Below are positions 9,350 to 21,100 of a stretch of DNA of 47,961 nucleotides, one piece after another (position 1 is the first letter of the stretch; each line of letters starts with the position of its first letter). The position numbers were made by a program, and so were the translations under genes. Under the pieces are notes generated by a model, which was given only the letters and a program-made list of their open reading frames with translations, had not been told where the DNA came from and ran no database searches. This DNA comes from a virus (taxonomy: Duplodnaviria > Caudoviricetes): IMG/VR virus record IMGVR_UViG_3300036945_000667, positions 1-47,961 of that record; one strand, 5' to 3'.

Positions 9350-9832
9350 TTAGTATATTGTATCATCTAAGATGTCTCCACGGCTAAGAATTTGAACTTC
9401 AACTCTTTCATCTTCTGCTAAGTTATAGACATTCACTATCAAGTTTCTAGTATCTTCTTCAATATATACGACCTCGCCATATGGACCAGTGCCAGCATCT
9501 GGAATTTTCTTTTCAAGTTTTATTGAAAAGTTGTCAAAGGTTGTTCTGCTTGAACCTTGTACAGGTACTAGTGTTTGTGGACCATACTTCAGTCCAAGGC
9601 TGGCTAGGTTTTTTATTGGGCTATATTCTACGTTCTGACCATTTACGGTATCATTTCTAGCAATACTGATAAGCTCAGTACCAGCGATATCCTCAAATAG
9701 CAATGAGTACATAACTGGCACAGCTAGCACTGAACTCTCTAGCAGAATGTCTGGCCTAGCTGCCTTTACGGCATCACTAATCTTGCCTGTAACCCTAGGG
9801 GTAGATGGCATTGGTGGGATTGGGCTAACCAT
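9350..9832 (-). CDS. Putative minor tail protein
   Basis: 160 aa; TAATG-coupled to the 1545-aa gene within the tail block. Confidence 0.6.
   Translation of the reverse strand: MVSPIPPMPSTPRVTGKISDAVKAARPDILLESSVLAVPVMYSLLFEDIAGTELISIARNDTVNGQNVEYSPIKNLASLGLKYGPQTLVPVQGSSRTTFDNFSIKLEKKIPDAGTGPYGEVVYIEEDTRNLIVNVYNLAEDERVEVQILSRGDILDDTIY
9357..9365 (-). promoter_or_regulatory. Extended -10 motif TGATACAAT
   Basis: Lies in the last codons of the upstream gene; followed by SD AAAGGA and ATG 9335. Confidence 0.45.
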
Positions 9833-12800
9833 TAGGCTACCTCACTCAAGTATAGTGTCGTTGATGGTCCTGAAGAGTCTCTATCTTGCTGCATGTTATA
9901 TACAACAAATCTGGATGACTCTGAAGCAATTATATCATTTCCGCTTAGGTCTTTGTAATTTATAGTAACTATATCGCCAAGCTGGATCATTGGGTTGGAG
10001 AATATCTTTACCCCAACAGCTAGGCGTGGCTTCATTATTTTAGAAATCATCCAGCCCATCAGACTCTCTGCATCATCTGCAGTTTGCAAGTACTTTGGAG
10101 ATATGCTGAATTCATTCTTACCATATGCAAGTCTACTAGTCTTAATGTCATAGAATCTTTGCTGCTCTTTTTCTGGAGAAACAATTAGCTCACCACTAAA
10201 GATTTCTGGTTTAGAGAAGTCACTTCTTCTAGAGAAGTAATCGTCTACAGTGTATTCGTTAGTTGACTCATTAGTAAAAGTCACACCCTGAATCTTTAGG
10301 TCGTTACCGTTTTCTCCCAGTGAAAGCAGGCTATCCGTTGCATTGAAGATCAAGAACTCTGCCTTGTAAGCTCCTGCCATAAAACCAGAAACTGTAAAAC
10401 CTTTTAGCTTTGTTACTGAAGGAGATAGCTTTGCAAATAGTGCTGGATAGGCCTTGTCGTATCTGGCATTGAAATATGCAGCTTCTCGCATAATTGTACC
10501 AAACTCTTCAAAGTATAGATCATAGGCAGGTGGCTCAGATGGGCTTATTCCAGATAGGTATGATGACTGGATAATTCCACTCATTGCATACTTTCTAAAT
10601 GAGTCATCAGTGGCTATTGCATCTTTAGCGAATACAGAGCTTGCAGGAAGGTTTACAGATGTTGCCGTGTTCTGTGAGTAGTTGTTGGTTAGTGCATACA
10701 CGTTCTCAAACATTGCTCTTGAGCTACCACGAATAAAGAGGGCCATGTTGTTAACAATTGGCAGTGGATTTTCATCATCAACAATCTGAACAAGACTGTT
10801 GTTTAGGTATAGATAGAATCTACGAGTATTTCCAATTGTTTCATACTCTACAGCTAGATCATATACAGATGGATTCTTTTCTGTAGAAACTCTTGTCTGT
10901 CCAACATAGTCACCATTGTTTGAGATGATTCCTGCATATCCACCCCACAACTTTACTGGAACAGCCTTGCCACCTGATCCCAACACTTTATAGAAAAATA
11001 CGTCGTGGACATTTAGGTTAACATAGTCAGACACGTTCTTAGCTGTTAGAGCTGCTATCTCAAAGTAGTAGCCTGTGTTCTTGCTTGGATCAACCATGAT
11101 AGAAATTCCAGCACTAGCTCCACCAATTGCAGTACTCTTTTCTGGAGTTGATTCTGTTGTTTGGTAATATGAAGTAACTCCCACAGGAGTTTGCAAGCGG
11201 TTCTCATCATTCTCAGTCTTGCCAACAATCCTAAGTCTAGTTCCAAAATGCTTGTAGCTATTGTTTAGTGGCTTGTGTACATAAGAAACATAATCTATTG
11301 GGTTTTCAGTGCTCAGGAATGTTCCTCCTGAGAATACTAGGGATGAGGACTGGACTGTTCCAGATTGTGTAGAGTATAGCCTGTTTGCTTCTGTTTCTGG
11401 TACGTAAGAATTGCTAAGGAAGTTTTTAATAATTCCATTTCTAGTGCTACGAGTGGCTATGCTATTTGCCTGGCCAGCAACACCATTGTCATATCTTACA
11501 ATGTATGTGTATGTATTTGAGTCGTCAACCGTTATTTGAGCAATGTTTCCATTTGTGAAAGTGAAGTCAAGTGCGAACGAGTTGGTAGATGAGTTCTTAA
11601 CCTTCCATGTAGTTCCAGTTATCAGTGCATTGAGGGCATCTAGTTCCTCTGATCCAGATATCAGGGTTCCAGAGAAATATGCAATATCTCCATTAACAAA
11701 GCCATGTGCATAAGTAGTGTTGATTGTAACTGTTCCACTGGTTAGAGATATACCATTAACCAAAGAGTAGGCTGATGCAAAAGCTTGATCTGTAAATAGA
11801 TAGCTTGACTGCATTTCTACACCACGAACATTATCATTATTTGACCAGTACTCGTTTAGTCCTGCATTGTGATATGCTGGAGCAATCTTGCCATCAGCAT
11901 CTCTGGTTCCTGTTCCAAACTGGCATCGTCCATGCTTAGCAACAGGACCATTCTTTAGTCTAGTGTATCCACCAATAACCTCATAGTTTGGCTCTGAGTA
12001 AATCCTTATCAATCCAGTTGGATACATCTTTCCGTTAAATGGCATTTTTGCAAAATACTTCTCATACTCTTGAGAGTTAGTGATCCAAACGGTACTTCCA
12101 TCTTCAGAGTCTTGACCAATTGTTAGACCTGGAACGCTATACTGAACAGCATCAAACTTAATAACCTCACCATTTGCATAGAAGTATCCATTGTATCTTT
12201 CTAAGAAGTAGATGGCTTCTCCAAAGTTAATGGTGTTTGCATAGATCTTGTTGTTTGATACATAGGGCAATTCATCAGACAGATCTGCATTAAGAGGCAT
12301 TGCTGATAGGACATATCCATCAGACGATCCCTCTCCACCATTTCTAGATGTTCTTCCCTTTTCTGGTGGGGTTACTGCCCACAGCTCAGCAGGTCTATAA
12401 ATCCAATACTGGTCTCGCTCTAGGGATCCGTTGATGTTAGTTACTCTTGGCTCACGCTGAATGTACCTTGCAGAATACTGAATAGATCCAGAGTTATAGA
12501 CAGAGTTGTTCTGGGAGCTTATCTCAATTATGTTTGCTAGCTTATCTAGTCTCTGTGAGTTTGAAACTACACCAATCTTTTCAAAGTCTTTTGTTCCATA
12601 TAGAGTTATGTCTGTTGGCCTCTGCTCTTCTGTTGGAAGCATGTAGTCCTTAGTCATTACGACAAAGTTGTTGTACTCGTCAAAGAACATTGTGCTCTGT
12701 GTTGAAATAGCTATGTCCTGCAAGATTTCTGCAACAGACTTATCTGGCTCTATGAAGAAGCTTGGAATGATTGGATCAGACTCTGTGTCTAGTCTTTTAA

Positions 12801-14469
12801 ATACGTAATTGGAAAAGCCAATGTAGTCTAGCAATGTTGCAACTGCATAGCTTAGAGATGCATCTGTCAAGAAGATTTGTGGAGCTCTCATGAACTCAAA
12901 ATAGAAGAACATGTCTCTTGCTGATATCGTTACCTCTCTAGAGGTACTGTTAATCGCTGGGAATCCTTCTGAGTATACCGTTTTTAGTGGTACGTAATAG
13001 TTATATCCATCTACATCAAGAATGGCTTCGTAAATTTTAATCTGAACGCTTTGCGATGTGAATCTAGAGATTATGCTGTCTGGGTTAGTCTCTGAAAATG
13101 CAAGGTCATAATCAAATAGGTTGATGGTTCCTGTTCCAGCTAGGAGCTGTCCTACTGGCATACCGCTGATTCCAAGGTCAGATGCTGGCTTAGTTATCTG
13201 ATATCCAGACACCTTGTCTGTTAGATTAACTGCAAGTCTTGGAGACATCTCAATTAGATCAAAGATTGAATCAGCCTTTGTCATTGTCTCAACGACGATG
13301 CGTAGTCCAGAAATGTTTTGGAATTCACGATACTCTGACTTGGATGTTTTTGGGTTAATAAATTTTGGTGAAGATACCAGAGAAGTCACAAGCCCCTGAT
13401 CAGTCTGCGATCCTTCGTCAACTAGTGTCCATCCATAGTCTGGTAGGAATTGCTCATAGCCATCTCCAGTCCATATGTGGAATACTCCCAAATTAGTATC
13501 AGAGGATCCTACAAGGTATGCGTATCCATTTGTGCTAGACTCTGGTAGCGAATAGCTTGAGATAAACTCTCCAGCATAAATGAATTCATTCTTGTACTTA
13601 TCTGGAACAATCAGACCATAGCCAACCTCTACATATCCATCAGGACCAACTACGGCACTTCCATTGTTTCTAAGAGAATTTTCTGTAAAAGATATTGCAG
13701 TAACCCAATCGTTGTTTTCAAGATACTGGATTGCCCATCTTTCAGGAACAGTCTTGTTTGTATCTCCATAGAATGGGTCATCAAACTGTCCTGCGTTATT
13801 CATGAATGGACCAAGATCAATTGAGCCAACACCAGACTGCATCTTAACAACAATCTTGTTTGCTGGTACTGCTTCTTTGTATACTGCAAATGGGGCAACG
13901 TCATCTATATAGTGTTTGCTATTTATATAGTTTGATGCAATGCCTCGCTCATCAGCACCGTCTGTTCTGAAAGATGTCCAATACTTAAACTGATCATCCT
14001 TGTGAGCCATATAGAATCTTGGTCTCTTAAACATGTCAACGTTAGCGTGGTGCAGGTATTGTGAAGATGTCTCTAGGTATCTAACCTTGTTAATTCCAGA
14101 TCTAGGTCTGAACTTTCCAAAACAATCTTCCAAAGAGTATAGAAGGCTTTCCTTTTCTTTTGCTGATTTGAATAGAGCTGGGACATCTGCAGTTGCATCA
14201 GAGTATCCACCGTCTACGACTATGTCTGAGTCAGTTGCACCAGTGTAGAAGCCTCCTGCATCAAGGATGTCGAATGCATTTTGTAGTGATGCGTATATTG
14301 ACTGCTCTAGCAGTGGTGTAGAAAGTCTTTCATATGGGCGATAGCGATAATTGCCAGCTTTAATTATGTTTCCAGGAACATTCATATTCCATTCTGCAAC
14401 AAGCAATGGCTTAGAGTTGATGGTTGATGACGTTTCAATATGCGTCTTTAGTTCTTCGCTACTCCACAT
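9832..14469 (-). CDS. Large tail-tip/hub protein (1545 aa)
   Basis: Second gene after the tape measure; EILQDIAISTQSTMFFDEYNNFVV and NPMIQLGDIVTI are hub-like motifs; contains lectin-like beta segments. Confidence 0.7.
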   Translation of the reverse strand: MWSSEELKTHIETSSTINSKPLLVAEWNMNVPGNIIKAGNYRYRPYERLSTPLLEQSIYASLQNAFDILDAGGFYTGATDSDIVVDGGYSDATADVPALFKSAKEKESLLYSLEDCFGKFRPRSGINKVRYLETSSQYLHHANVDMFKRPRFYMAHKDDQFKYWTSFRTDGADERGIASNYINSKHYIDDVAPFAVYKEAVPANKIVVKMQSGVGSIDLGPFMNNAGQFDDPFYGDTNKTVPERWAIQYLENNDWVTAISFTENSLRNNGSAVVGPDGYVEVGYGLIVPDKYKNEFIYAGEFISSYSLPESSTNGYAYLVGSSDTNLGVFHIWTGDGYEQFLPDYGWTLVDEGSQTDQGLVTSLVSSPKFINPKTSKSEYREFQNISGLRIVVETMTKADSIFDLIEMSPRLAVNLTDKVSGYQITKPASDLGISGMPVGQLLAGTGTINLFDYDLAFSETNPDSIISRFTSQSVQIKIYEAILDVDGYNYYVPLKTVYSEGFPAINSTSREVTISARDMFFYFEFMRAPQIFLTDASLSYAVATLLDYIGFSNYVFKRLDTESDPIIPSFFIEPDKSVAEILQDIAISTQSTMFFDEYNNFVVMTKDYMLPTEEQRPTDITLYGTKDFEKIGVVSNSQRLDKLANIIEISSQNNSVYNSGSIQYSARYIQREPRVTNINGSLERDQYWIYRPAELWAVTPPEKGRTSRNGGEGSSDGYVLSAMPLNADLSDELPYVSNNKIYANTINFGEAIYFLERYNGYFYANGEVIKFDAVQYSVPGLTIGQDSEDGSTVWITNSQEYEKYFAKMPFNGKMYPTGLIRIYSEPNYEVIGGYTRLKNGPVAKHGRCQFGTGTRDADGKIAPAYHNAGLNEYWSNNDNVRGVEMQSSYLFTDQAFASAYSLVNGISLTSGTVTINTTYAHGFVNGDIAYFSGTLISGSEELDALNALITGTTWKVKNSSTNSFALDFTFTNGNIAQITVDDSNTYTYIVRYDNGVAGQANSIATRSTRNGIIKNFLSNSYVPETEANRLYSTQSGTVQSSSLVFSGGTFLSTENPIDYVSYVHKPLNNSYKHFGTRLRIVGKTENDENRLQTPVGVTSYYQTTESTPEKSTAIGGASAGISIMVDPSKNTGYYFEIAALTAKNVSDYVNLNVHDVFFYKVLGSGGKAVPVKLWGGYAGIISNNGDYVGQTRVSTEKNPSVYDLAVEYETIGNTRRFYLYLNNSLVQIVDDENPLPIVNNMALFIRGSSRAMFENVYALTNNYSQNTATSVNLPASSVFAKDAIATDDSFRKYAMSGIIQSSYLSGISPSEPPAYDLYFEEFGTIMREAAYFNARYDKAYPALFAKLSPSVTKLKGFTVSGFMAGAYKAEFLIFNATDSLLSLGENGNDLKIQGVTFTNESTNEYTVDDYFSRRSDFSKPEIFSGELIVSPEKEQQRFYDIKTSRLAYGKNEFSISPKYLQTADDAESLMGWMISKIMKPRLAVGVKIFSNPMIQLGDIVTINYKDLSGNDIIASESSRFVVYNMQQDRDSSGPSTTLYLSEVA

Positions 14470-14470
14470 A

Positions 14471-15121
14471 CTAAACCTCTTCTAGTGTTACTGAAACATT
14501 CCAAAAGTCATAGTTAGATGATCCACGCTTGACAACTGAATAAGAGAAGTCAGCTAGATACATTTCAACAACCTGGTTATACTTTGCAAGTTGTAAGAAG
14601 GCATCTGCGTTATTTCCATATGAGCTGTACTTGTCATATGCTAGGTATACCCAGAATGGATCCTTGTGATTCTCGTACCAGGTTAGCATCTCTACCCCAC
14701 CTGCACCTCCGTCAGTAGTATACTCACCAGACGTTTTAGTTTGTAGAGATTTTCCAGTAGATGGGTTAAAGTTTGCCAGTGAGGCAAAAGATCTTGATGG
14801 TAGCATTGTCCAAGAAGCTGTTACGGTTAGCTTATCTGCAATGTGGTATGAACGCATACGACCATTGATCATACGCTCACGCTTTTCAATTCTGTTTATC
14901 TTAAAGTCAATTGGGCTACGGTTGTCATCAGATAGGATGATGAACTGATCAACTAGTGGATCTCCAGTAACTCCTGAAACATCTGTTGCATTTTCGTATC
15001 CATCTGGAACATAATACTGTTCGTCTTCTACAGAAACAATTGTTCCAGAGTTTTCTGCCCAAAGCATAGCCTGTGGTCTAGCATATTTTTTGCGACCTAG
15101 TAGGTATTCTGCACTAGCCAT
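14471..15121 (-). CDS. Distal tail protein-like (start revised to ATG 15121)
   Basis: Directly follows the tape measure with an 8-nt overlap; ERMINGRMRSY...LTVTASW...WNVSVTLEEV is typical of the tail-tube/Dit fold. Confidence 0.65.
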   Translation of the reverse strand: MASAEYLLGRKKYARPQAMLWAENSGTIVSVEDEQYYVPDGYENATDVSGVTGDPLVDQFIILSDDNRSPIDFKINRIEKRERMINGRMRSYHIADKLTVTASWTMLPSRSFASLANFNPSTGKSLQTKTSGEYTTDGGAGGVEMLTWYENHKDPFWVYLAYDKYSSYGNNADAFLQLAKYNQVVEMYLADFSYSVVKRGSSNYDFWNVSVTLEEV

Positions 15122-18100
15122 TGAAGTTGTTTCCTCTAATCCTCTGTGAGTCAATTCTCTTTATCTGTGTCATAACTTCTCTAGCAATCTTATCTGGGTT
15201 TGCATCAGTTGCGACATTGACGTTGATACTATAATTATACACTGATTCGCCGTTGTATGTACCACTATTTATAGCCTTCATACCGTCTACCCCAAAGTTT
15301 GCTACTGCAGAACGCTTCATAACAAACTCTCCTGGAGTTAGCATGGCAGGCACTGTGTCAGTTCCTCTAGCCATTCCGCCAGATGCCATGTAGTTTGACA
15401 TAATCATTCCACCCTTAGCCTTATACTGAGCTGGAACAAATGTTGATCCATTGTACACTCCTGTTCCAGGAACTAGCCTCTTTACTATTTCCTTTTGGAA
15501 CGTTGATCCAACATATCCTGCTGGAGTAACTTGGACTGTCTCTAGCTTACTACCAATGTATCTTTGTGTTACGTATGGAACTCCAGGTTTTGGTCCAGTG
15601 GTAGTTGGCTTGGTAGTTGTTGTGGTAGTTGGCTTAGTGGTTGGTGTGGTGGTTGGCTTAGTTGTAGTAACAGTGGAAACTGGCTTGTCTGTATTGGTTC
15701 CAGACATTGAAGCCACAGTAGCAGTTCCTACAGCCTTCCATGCGGCCTCAATCTCCTTAACCTTGGCAAGTGCAGACTTGTACTGCTCTTCTAGGTTGAA
15801 AGCCTTTGTCTTTGCTTCATCAATTGCAAGTTTTAGGTCATCCCACTTAGCACGCTGTGCTGCCTTAGCATCAAGCTCTGCCTGCTTTTGGTCTTGGACA
15901 GTCTTTAGTACTGAATTAGCCTTATCTAGATTATCCTGTGCAGGCTTTAGCTGATCAGTTTGGATCTTGTAAATTTGGTCTTCAAGAATTCTGATGTCAT
16001 CAAGTTTCTTCTGACGATCTGACTCAATCTTAAAGATCTTATCTTGGATGACCTGTATTTCTCCATCAACTTTTTTCTTCTTTAACTCAAGTGCGTATAT
16101 CTTTTGACCAATCTCAAATTGACGTTGCTCAATCTGTGCCTTGGTCATACCGCTTTCAGATCTTATGTTTGCAAGTTCGTTAGCTCTAGCTGCATCAATA
16201 GCTGCTGCTGCACGTTCTGCTGCCTTAGCAGACTCTTCTTGCTGTGCTTGCTGCATTGCTTTAGCTGCTGCTGAAGCACTACCGCTAGAAAGAGCCTGTG
16301 CAATTGACAGTCTTGACTGATCTGCATCAAGAATGTCCTTGTTTATCTCTGCAACCTTTTCAAGATTCTTTTTCTGCTCATCATACTTATCATTGATGTC
16401 AGACTCTTTCTTGCTGATTAGGTCAAGATCGTGTGCTAGAGCACTAGACTCTTCTTGTAGGTTTGCGATTGGTCTGTTGTAGTTAAGCTCAATTGAACGT
16501 TCTAGGGCCTCTACTTGCTTGTTTAGTGCCTCAATAGGCCTGTCTATTGTAAGCTCTATATCCTTTTGCTTATCGTCAATCTTTGACTGAATTCCGTCAA
16601 TGTTTTTCTGAATTGAGTCCACTGATGCTTGAGCAGTATCTACCGCTGATTGAGCTGACTTTTCTTTTTCTCTGTAGCTAGCTTCAACCCTTCTTTCCTC
16701 AGCATCAATCTTTGCCATTGCCTGGTCGTAAATCTTGTTGAACTCAGTCTCCATACCCTCTGGAGTTGACATGTTTAGAAGAATTTCAACTCTCTTTTGG
16801 TTTGGTATTGAATTAATTGCATCAGCAACACGCTTGCTATTGATAACGCCATCCTTCATGTCATCAATAAATGCCTGGGCCAAGTCCTTGTCTCCAAGAA
16901 TTGTCTGCATGTCGTCAACAGTTAGTCCAAGCTTTGATAGCATTGGGGCAATCTTTGCAAAGCTTTCTGTTAGTCCAGATGCTGTGTTGTTGTTTCTAGC
17001 AAAGTCTAGTAGGGCATTTGCCTTAGCTGCTGCAGAGGCTGCCTTTATTTGAGCGGTAAGCTCTTTCCACTGCTTGGTGCCAACCTTGGTAGATGCTACT
17101 GCTGCTGCAAGGATCTTGTCTTGTGCAGTTGCAAATGCAAGACCTGCACTAATGCCAGCTTTGGTTAGCTTAGCATACGCTGTGTTTGATTGAGCAATTT
17201 CTTTTCTTTGGTCCTTTAATTGCTCCATGGCTTTTTGTAGTGGAGTCTTTTCTGGTGTACCTCCACCGCCACCGCCAGTTACACCAAGCTTATCTGCAGT
17301 ACCCTGAAGCTTCTTAAGTTCTCTCATCTTTGTAAGAACAGCCTGAAGGTTTTCGTCTGTTCCAGCAATAGCGTCTTGTGCGTTGGCCGCTGCAATAGCG
17401 GTTGCCCACATAGCATCTCCAGCAAGTGCCTGAGCTTCTGATGCTGAGAATCCTTGGTCAGTAAGTGTCTTATATGCGTCAATCTGATTTCTCAAACTGG
17501 TGATCTTCTCATCAGCTGAAACCATAGCTGCTTCAATATCAGCATTTGCCTGTGTTGCTTTTGTTTCGGCTTCTTTTGCAACTACAGTCTTGTCAATGAG
17601 GTCGTTTAGCTGTGCTCTTGCATCGTTGGCTGCTTGCTGCTCTTTTGGAGTTGCCCCCTCTTTTTGACCAGTAATAATAGCGTCACGCATTTTAGTCATC
17701 TTAGATGGGTCTACACCAGATGCAGCTGCCTTAATAAAGATTAGCTGATCTTTGAAATCTGTAACGCCCTTTAGCTGCTCATCAAGGCCCATGTTCTTGG
17801 CAATTGTTGGGACAATCATTGCAAGTGCTTGAGGGTCCATGCTATCTAGGTTTCCAGATATGTTGTCCATCTGGTAGTTGAACTGTTCTGCAGACATTGC
17901 TCCAGACTCAAAGCCAGTCTTTAGTGATGAGAAGAGTGTTGAGTATACTCCAGAAGCCTGTTCTGCAGACTGCTTTAGGGCATCGTTCTGTCCATATGAT
18001 GTGTAGTTAGAGTTATACTCTTTTGCAAAGACATCTCCATAAGTATTTGCTGCTTCTTGAGCAAGCTTTGTAATTTGTGCTTGGCCACCATTGGTTGTTA

Positions 18101-21100
18101 GATCTATGTTAGATGTAAAGCTTAGGTCTAGATCTGTTCTTCCTGCCTCAGCTGCAATAGCCTTGATTAGTGTGTCAACTGCCTCTTTAGGTGCTCCAGA
18201 AGCTGAAAGCTGAATCGCCATGCTATTTAGGGATAGCTCTGCCTGTTGTGCAGTTGCATTTTTAATAGCACCTATCTGGTCACCAAATCCCTTGTCAGAG
18301 CTCTTGAAGTCTTCGTTAGCACGAAGCTCTGTAATCTTTGTCTGTTGTGTGGATGTAGAGCCTGCAGTTGTTCCTGCAAAGGCACCAGAGAAATCTGCAC
18401 CAGTTGCTGTGAATCCTAGAAGATCTCCAGCCTGCTTCATCTTTTCAGATGTTAGGTAAGCGGCATCCCCAAGCCCCTCAATCTTTTTACGCTGTTGCTC
18501 CATAATGCCTGCAACTACCTGGAAGACAGCAAATGCTGTAACAGCCCAACCAATAACAGGGATAAATGCTAGTAGCTTGCTTCCAACTCCAGTTAGTACT
18601 GGCAACACCCCAGTAATGACCTTGCCAAGATTTCCAAAGATATTTGCTAGCTTTCCGCCCTGGCCCATTATCTTTGTTGGGATAGCTCCTGCTGCATCTG
18701 CTGCAAATCCTCCAGCTGCCTTGACTCCTCGTGCAGCTGTCATTCCACCACCAATGGCAGTTTGTAGCATCTGTCCCTTGGTTAGCAATTCAAGAACTGA
18801 TGAGAATGCGAACACTGAGTTTGTGATTGTAAATAGTGCATCACCAAAAGCACCTAGCTTTACTCCAGACATTTCTAGCCCCATTGCGATGCTACCAACA
18901 GCACCAGAAACCATCATAGCTTTTTGTGCTACTCCAGATAGAGATGAAACAACCATTCCAGAAGCTCTGCCAATTGCTGCTGCTCTACCTGCTTCTACCT
19001 GTGCCATCTTCTCAGAAGAGAATACGTTGCCAGACTTATTATCTCTGGTAAATGTCATTGGGCCAGTGCCAACTGATACTTGACCTTGGCTTGATGCTCT
19101 GCCACGACGAGCTCGTCCAGCACCTGTAGCAGCCTGAGTAACAGTAGACTCCATTGCCTGCTGAACTTCGTCTCTACCCTGCTGAACTGCAACCACTACG
19201 CCGTCTACAAGATTTTCTGCAGCCTTGATAGTTTTCTTAGCAGGAGATGCTGCATCAGATCTAGCATTCATAGCTCCACCAACTACGGCATCAAGGTTTC
19301 CCATTGTTCCAGTAGCATTTTGGCTAGTGTAAGTTCTTTGGTCTAGTGGAATTCTGTCTGCTGGTCTAAATGTAGATCCCTTGCCTGTAAGAATTTCAAG
19401 TCTTTCAACTTCTGTTTTAGCAGCCTCTAGCCTCTTTACAATATCACTAGAAACACGTGCAATGGTTTTTGACTCTCCATCAATAACCATACGGATTTCT
19501 TCAGTGCCTTCACGCCAAGAGGCAATTCCAGTCTTTAGCTTGTTTCTGACATCCTCTGTCCAGTTTCCACCAAGAGTTTCTGCAGTTGCTGGTGCCCAGA
19601 CTCTAGCTCCTGCTTGACGGTCCATGGCTGCAACAACGTCTCCCCTGTTGCCACCTGCTCCTCTATTTTGGTTTCTTACATTTGTTGCTGCTTGAGCTAC
19701 GATAGTGTCATTTACAAATCCATCAGCTGCTTCTGCAAGCCTGATCGCTTCTCTACCAATTTCTGCGTCTATCTCATTAACAGTTTGACGAACACCATCT
19801 GTTATCTTTAGGCCACCGCTCTTAACAGTACCGACTAGACCATCAACAACCGAGAACCACTGCTTTTCAAAGTCTGCCGTTGCCTGTCCAGTCTTTAGCT
19901 TTGAGTTTTGTGATGGAAGCATATCTCTTGTAAGGCTTCCAAGGATTCTTGACTTATCTGGATTAATGGCAATGGTGTCTTGAATGTGTCCCTTTTGAAG
20001 TCTATTCGGGTCACTGGTAGTCATCTTTGACTGCTTGGCTGCTGCCTCAACGTTTGCCTTTGTTAGCTTCTTTCCAGATTCAGCAATTCCATCAAGCATT
20101 GCTGTGATATCCTCAACCTTGTTTCCAAAGCTTAAGAGTCTATCAATGAATGACTTGATTGGGGCATCTGATCTTGTAGACCTTGTCTCATAGGCACTTC
20201 CGCCAACGCTTACAGTACCTCGTGCAAATCCAGGAATCTTTCCTGCAATGATTCCAGAGATTAGTGGTGCATACTTTTTTGCCTTGTCTGCAGGGATGAT
20301 GGCTTCACCGTTTGAAACCATTGCTGCGATTGAGTCTGAGGTTCCTGTTCCTTCGCCAGAAACGAAGCCACCATTGGCAAATTTCTGTACGGCAGGTGAC
20401 TTTCCAATGCTTGTTCCAATTGGTCTACCTGCAAAACGCTGAGATGCAACATCTGCTCTTTGGTATGCTGCTGCTAGAAGATCTACTGCAGAAGCTTCTG
20501 CTGTAAATATTTGTGGAAGTCTGCTGTGTGTCTGCTCTAGAGATGCAGCAACTGCACTAGCCTTAAGCTGTTCTTGAGTTAGGTAACTGGTTTGCTCACC
20601 AAGAACCTGTTCGCTATTGCTAACACCTAGGAAGATATTGCGTAGGAACTGGAATCCCTTTACAAGGTTTGCAACACCATTGGCCACAAGACCAAATGTC
20701 ATCAAGGCTACTGGGGCTAAACCACCAAGAACAGCAATTGTCCCAATTATGAATCCCTTGGCGTGATCGCCCATATTGTTAAATGTTTCTAGAACCTTGC
20801 TACCAAACTCAATGAGTGGTGTTACAAGCTTCATGAACTCCGCACCAACAGGGGCTAATTGGGCCTTAAACTCCTCTATGGCGGCTTTAAACTTGTAGGT
20901 GATAGATTCCTCTACCGTTTTTAATTCTTTGTCTGAGAGGGCTGCTAGCTCTGATGTGGTGGCACCCATGAGTTCTAGGACTTTGCTTGCCTGGCTACCC
21001 TCAGCAACTACGTTTTGGAATAGAGTTGAAATACGAGAGAATTGGAACTTTCCAAATAGTTGCTCAATGGCACGTGCACGAGTAAGTGGGTCTAGGGTGT

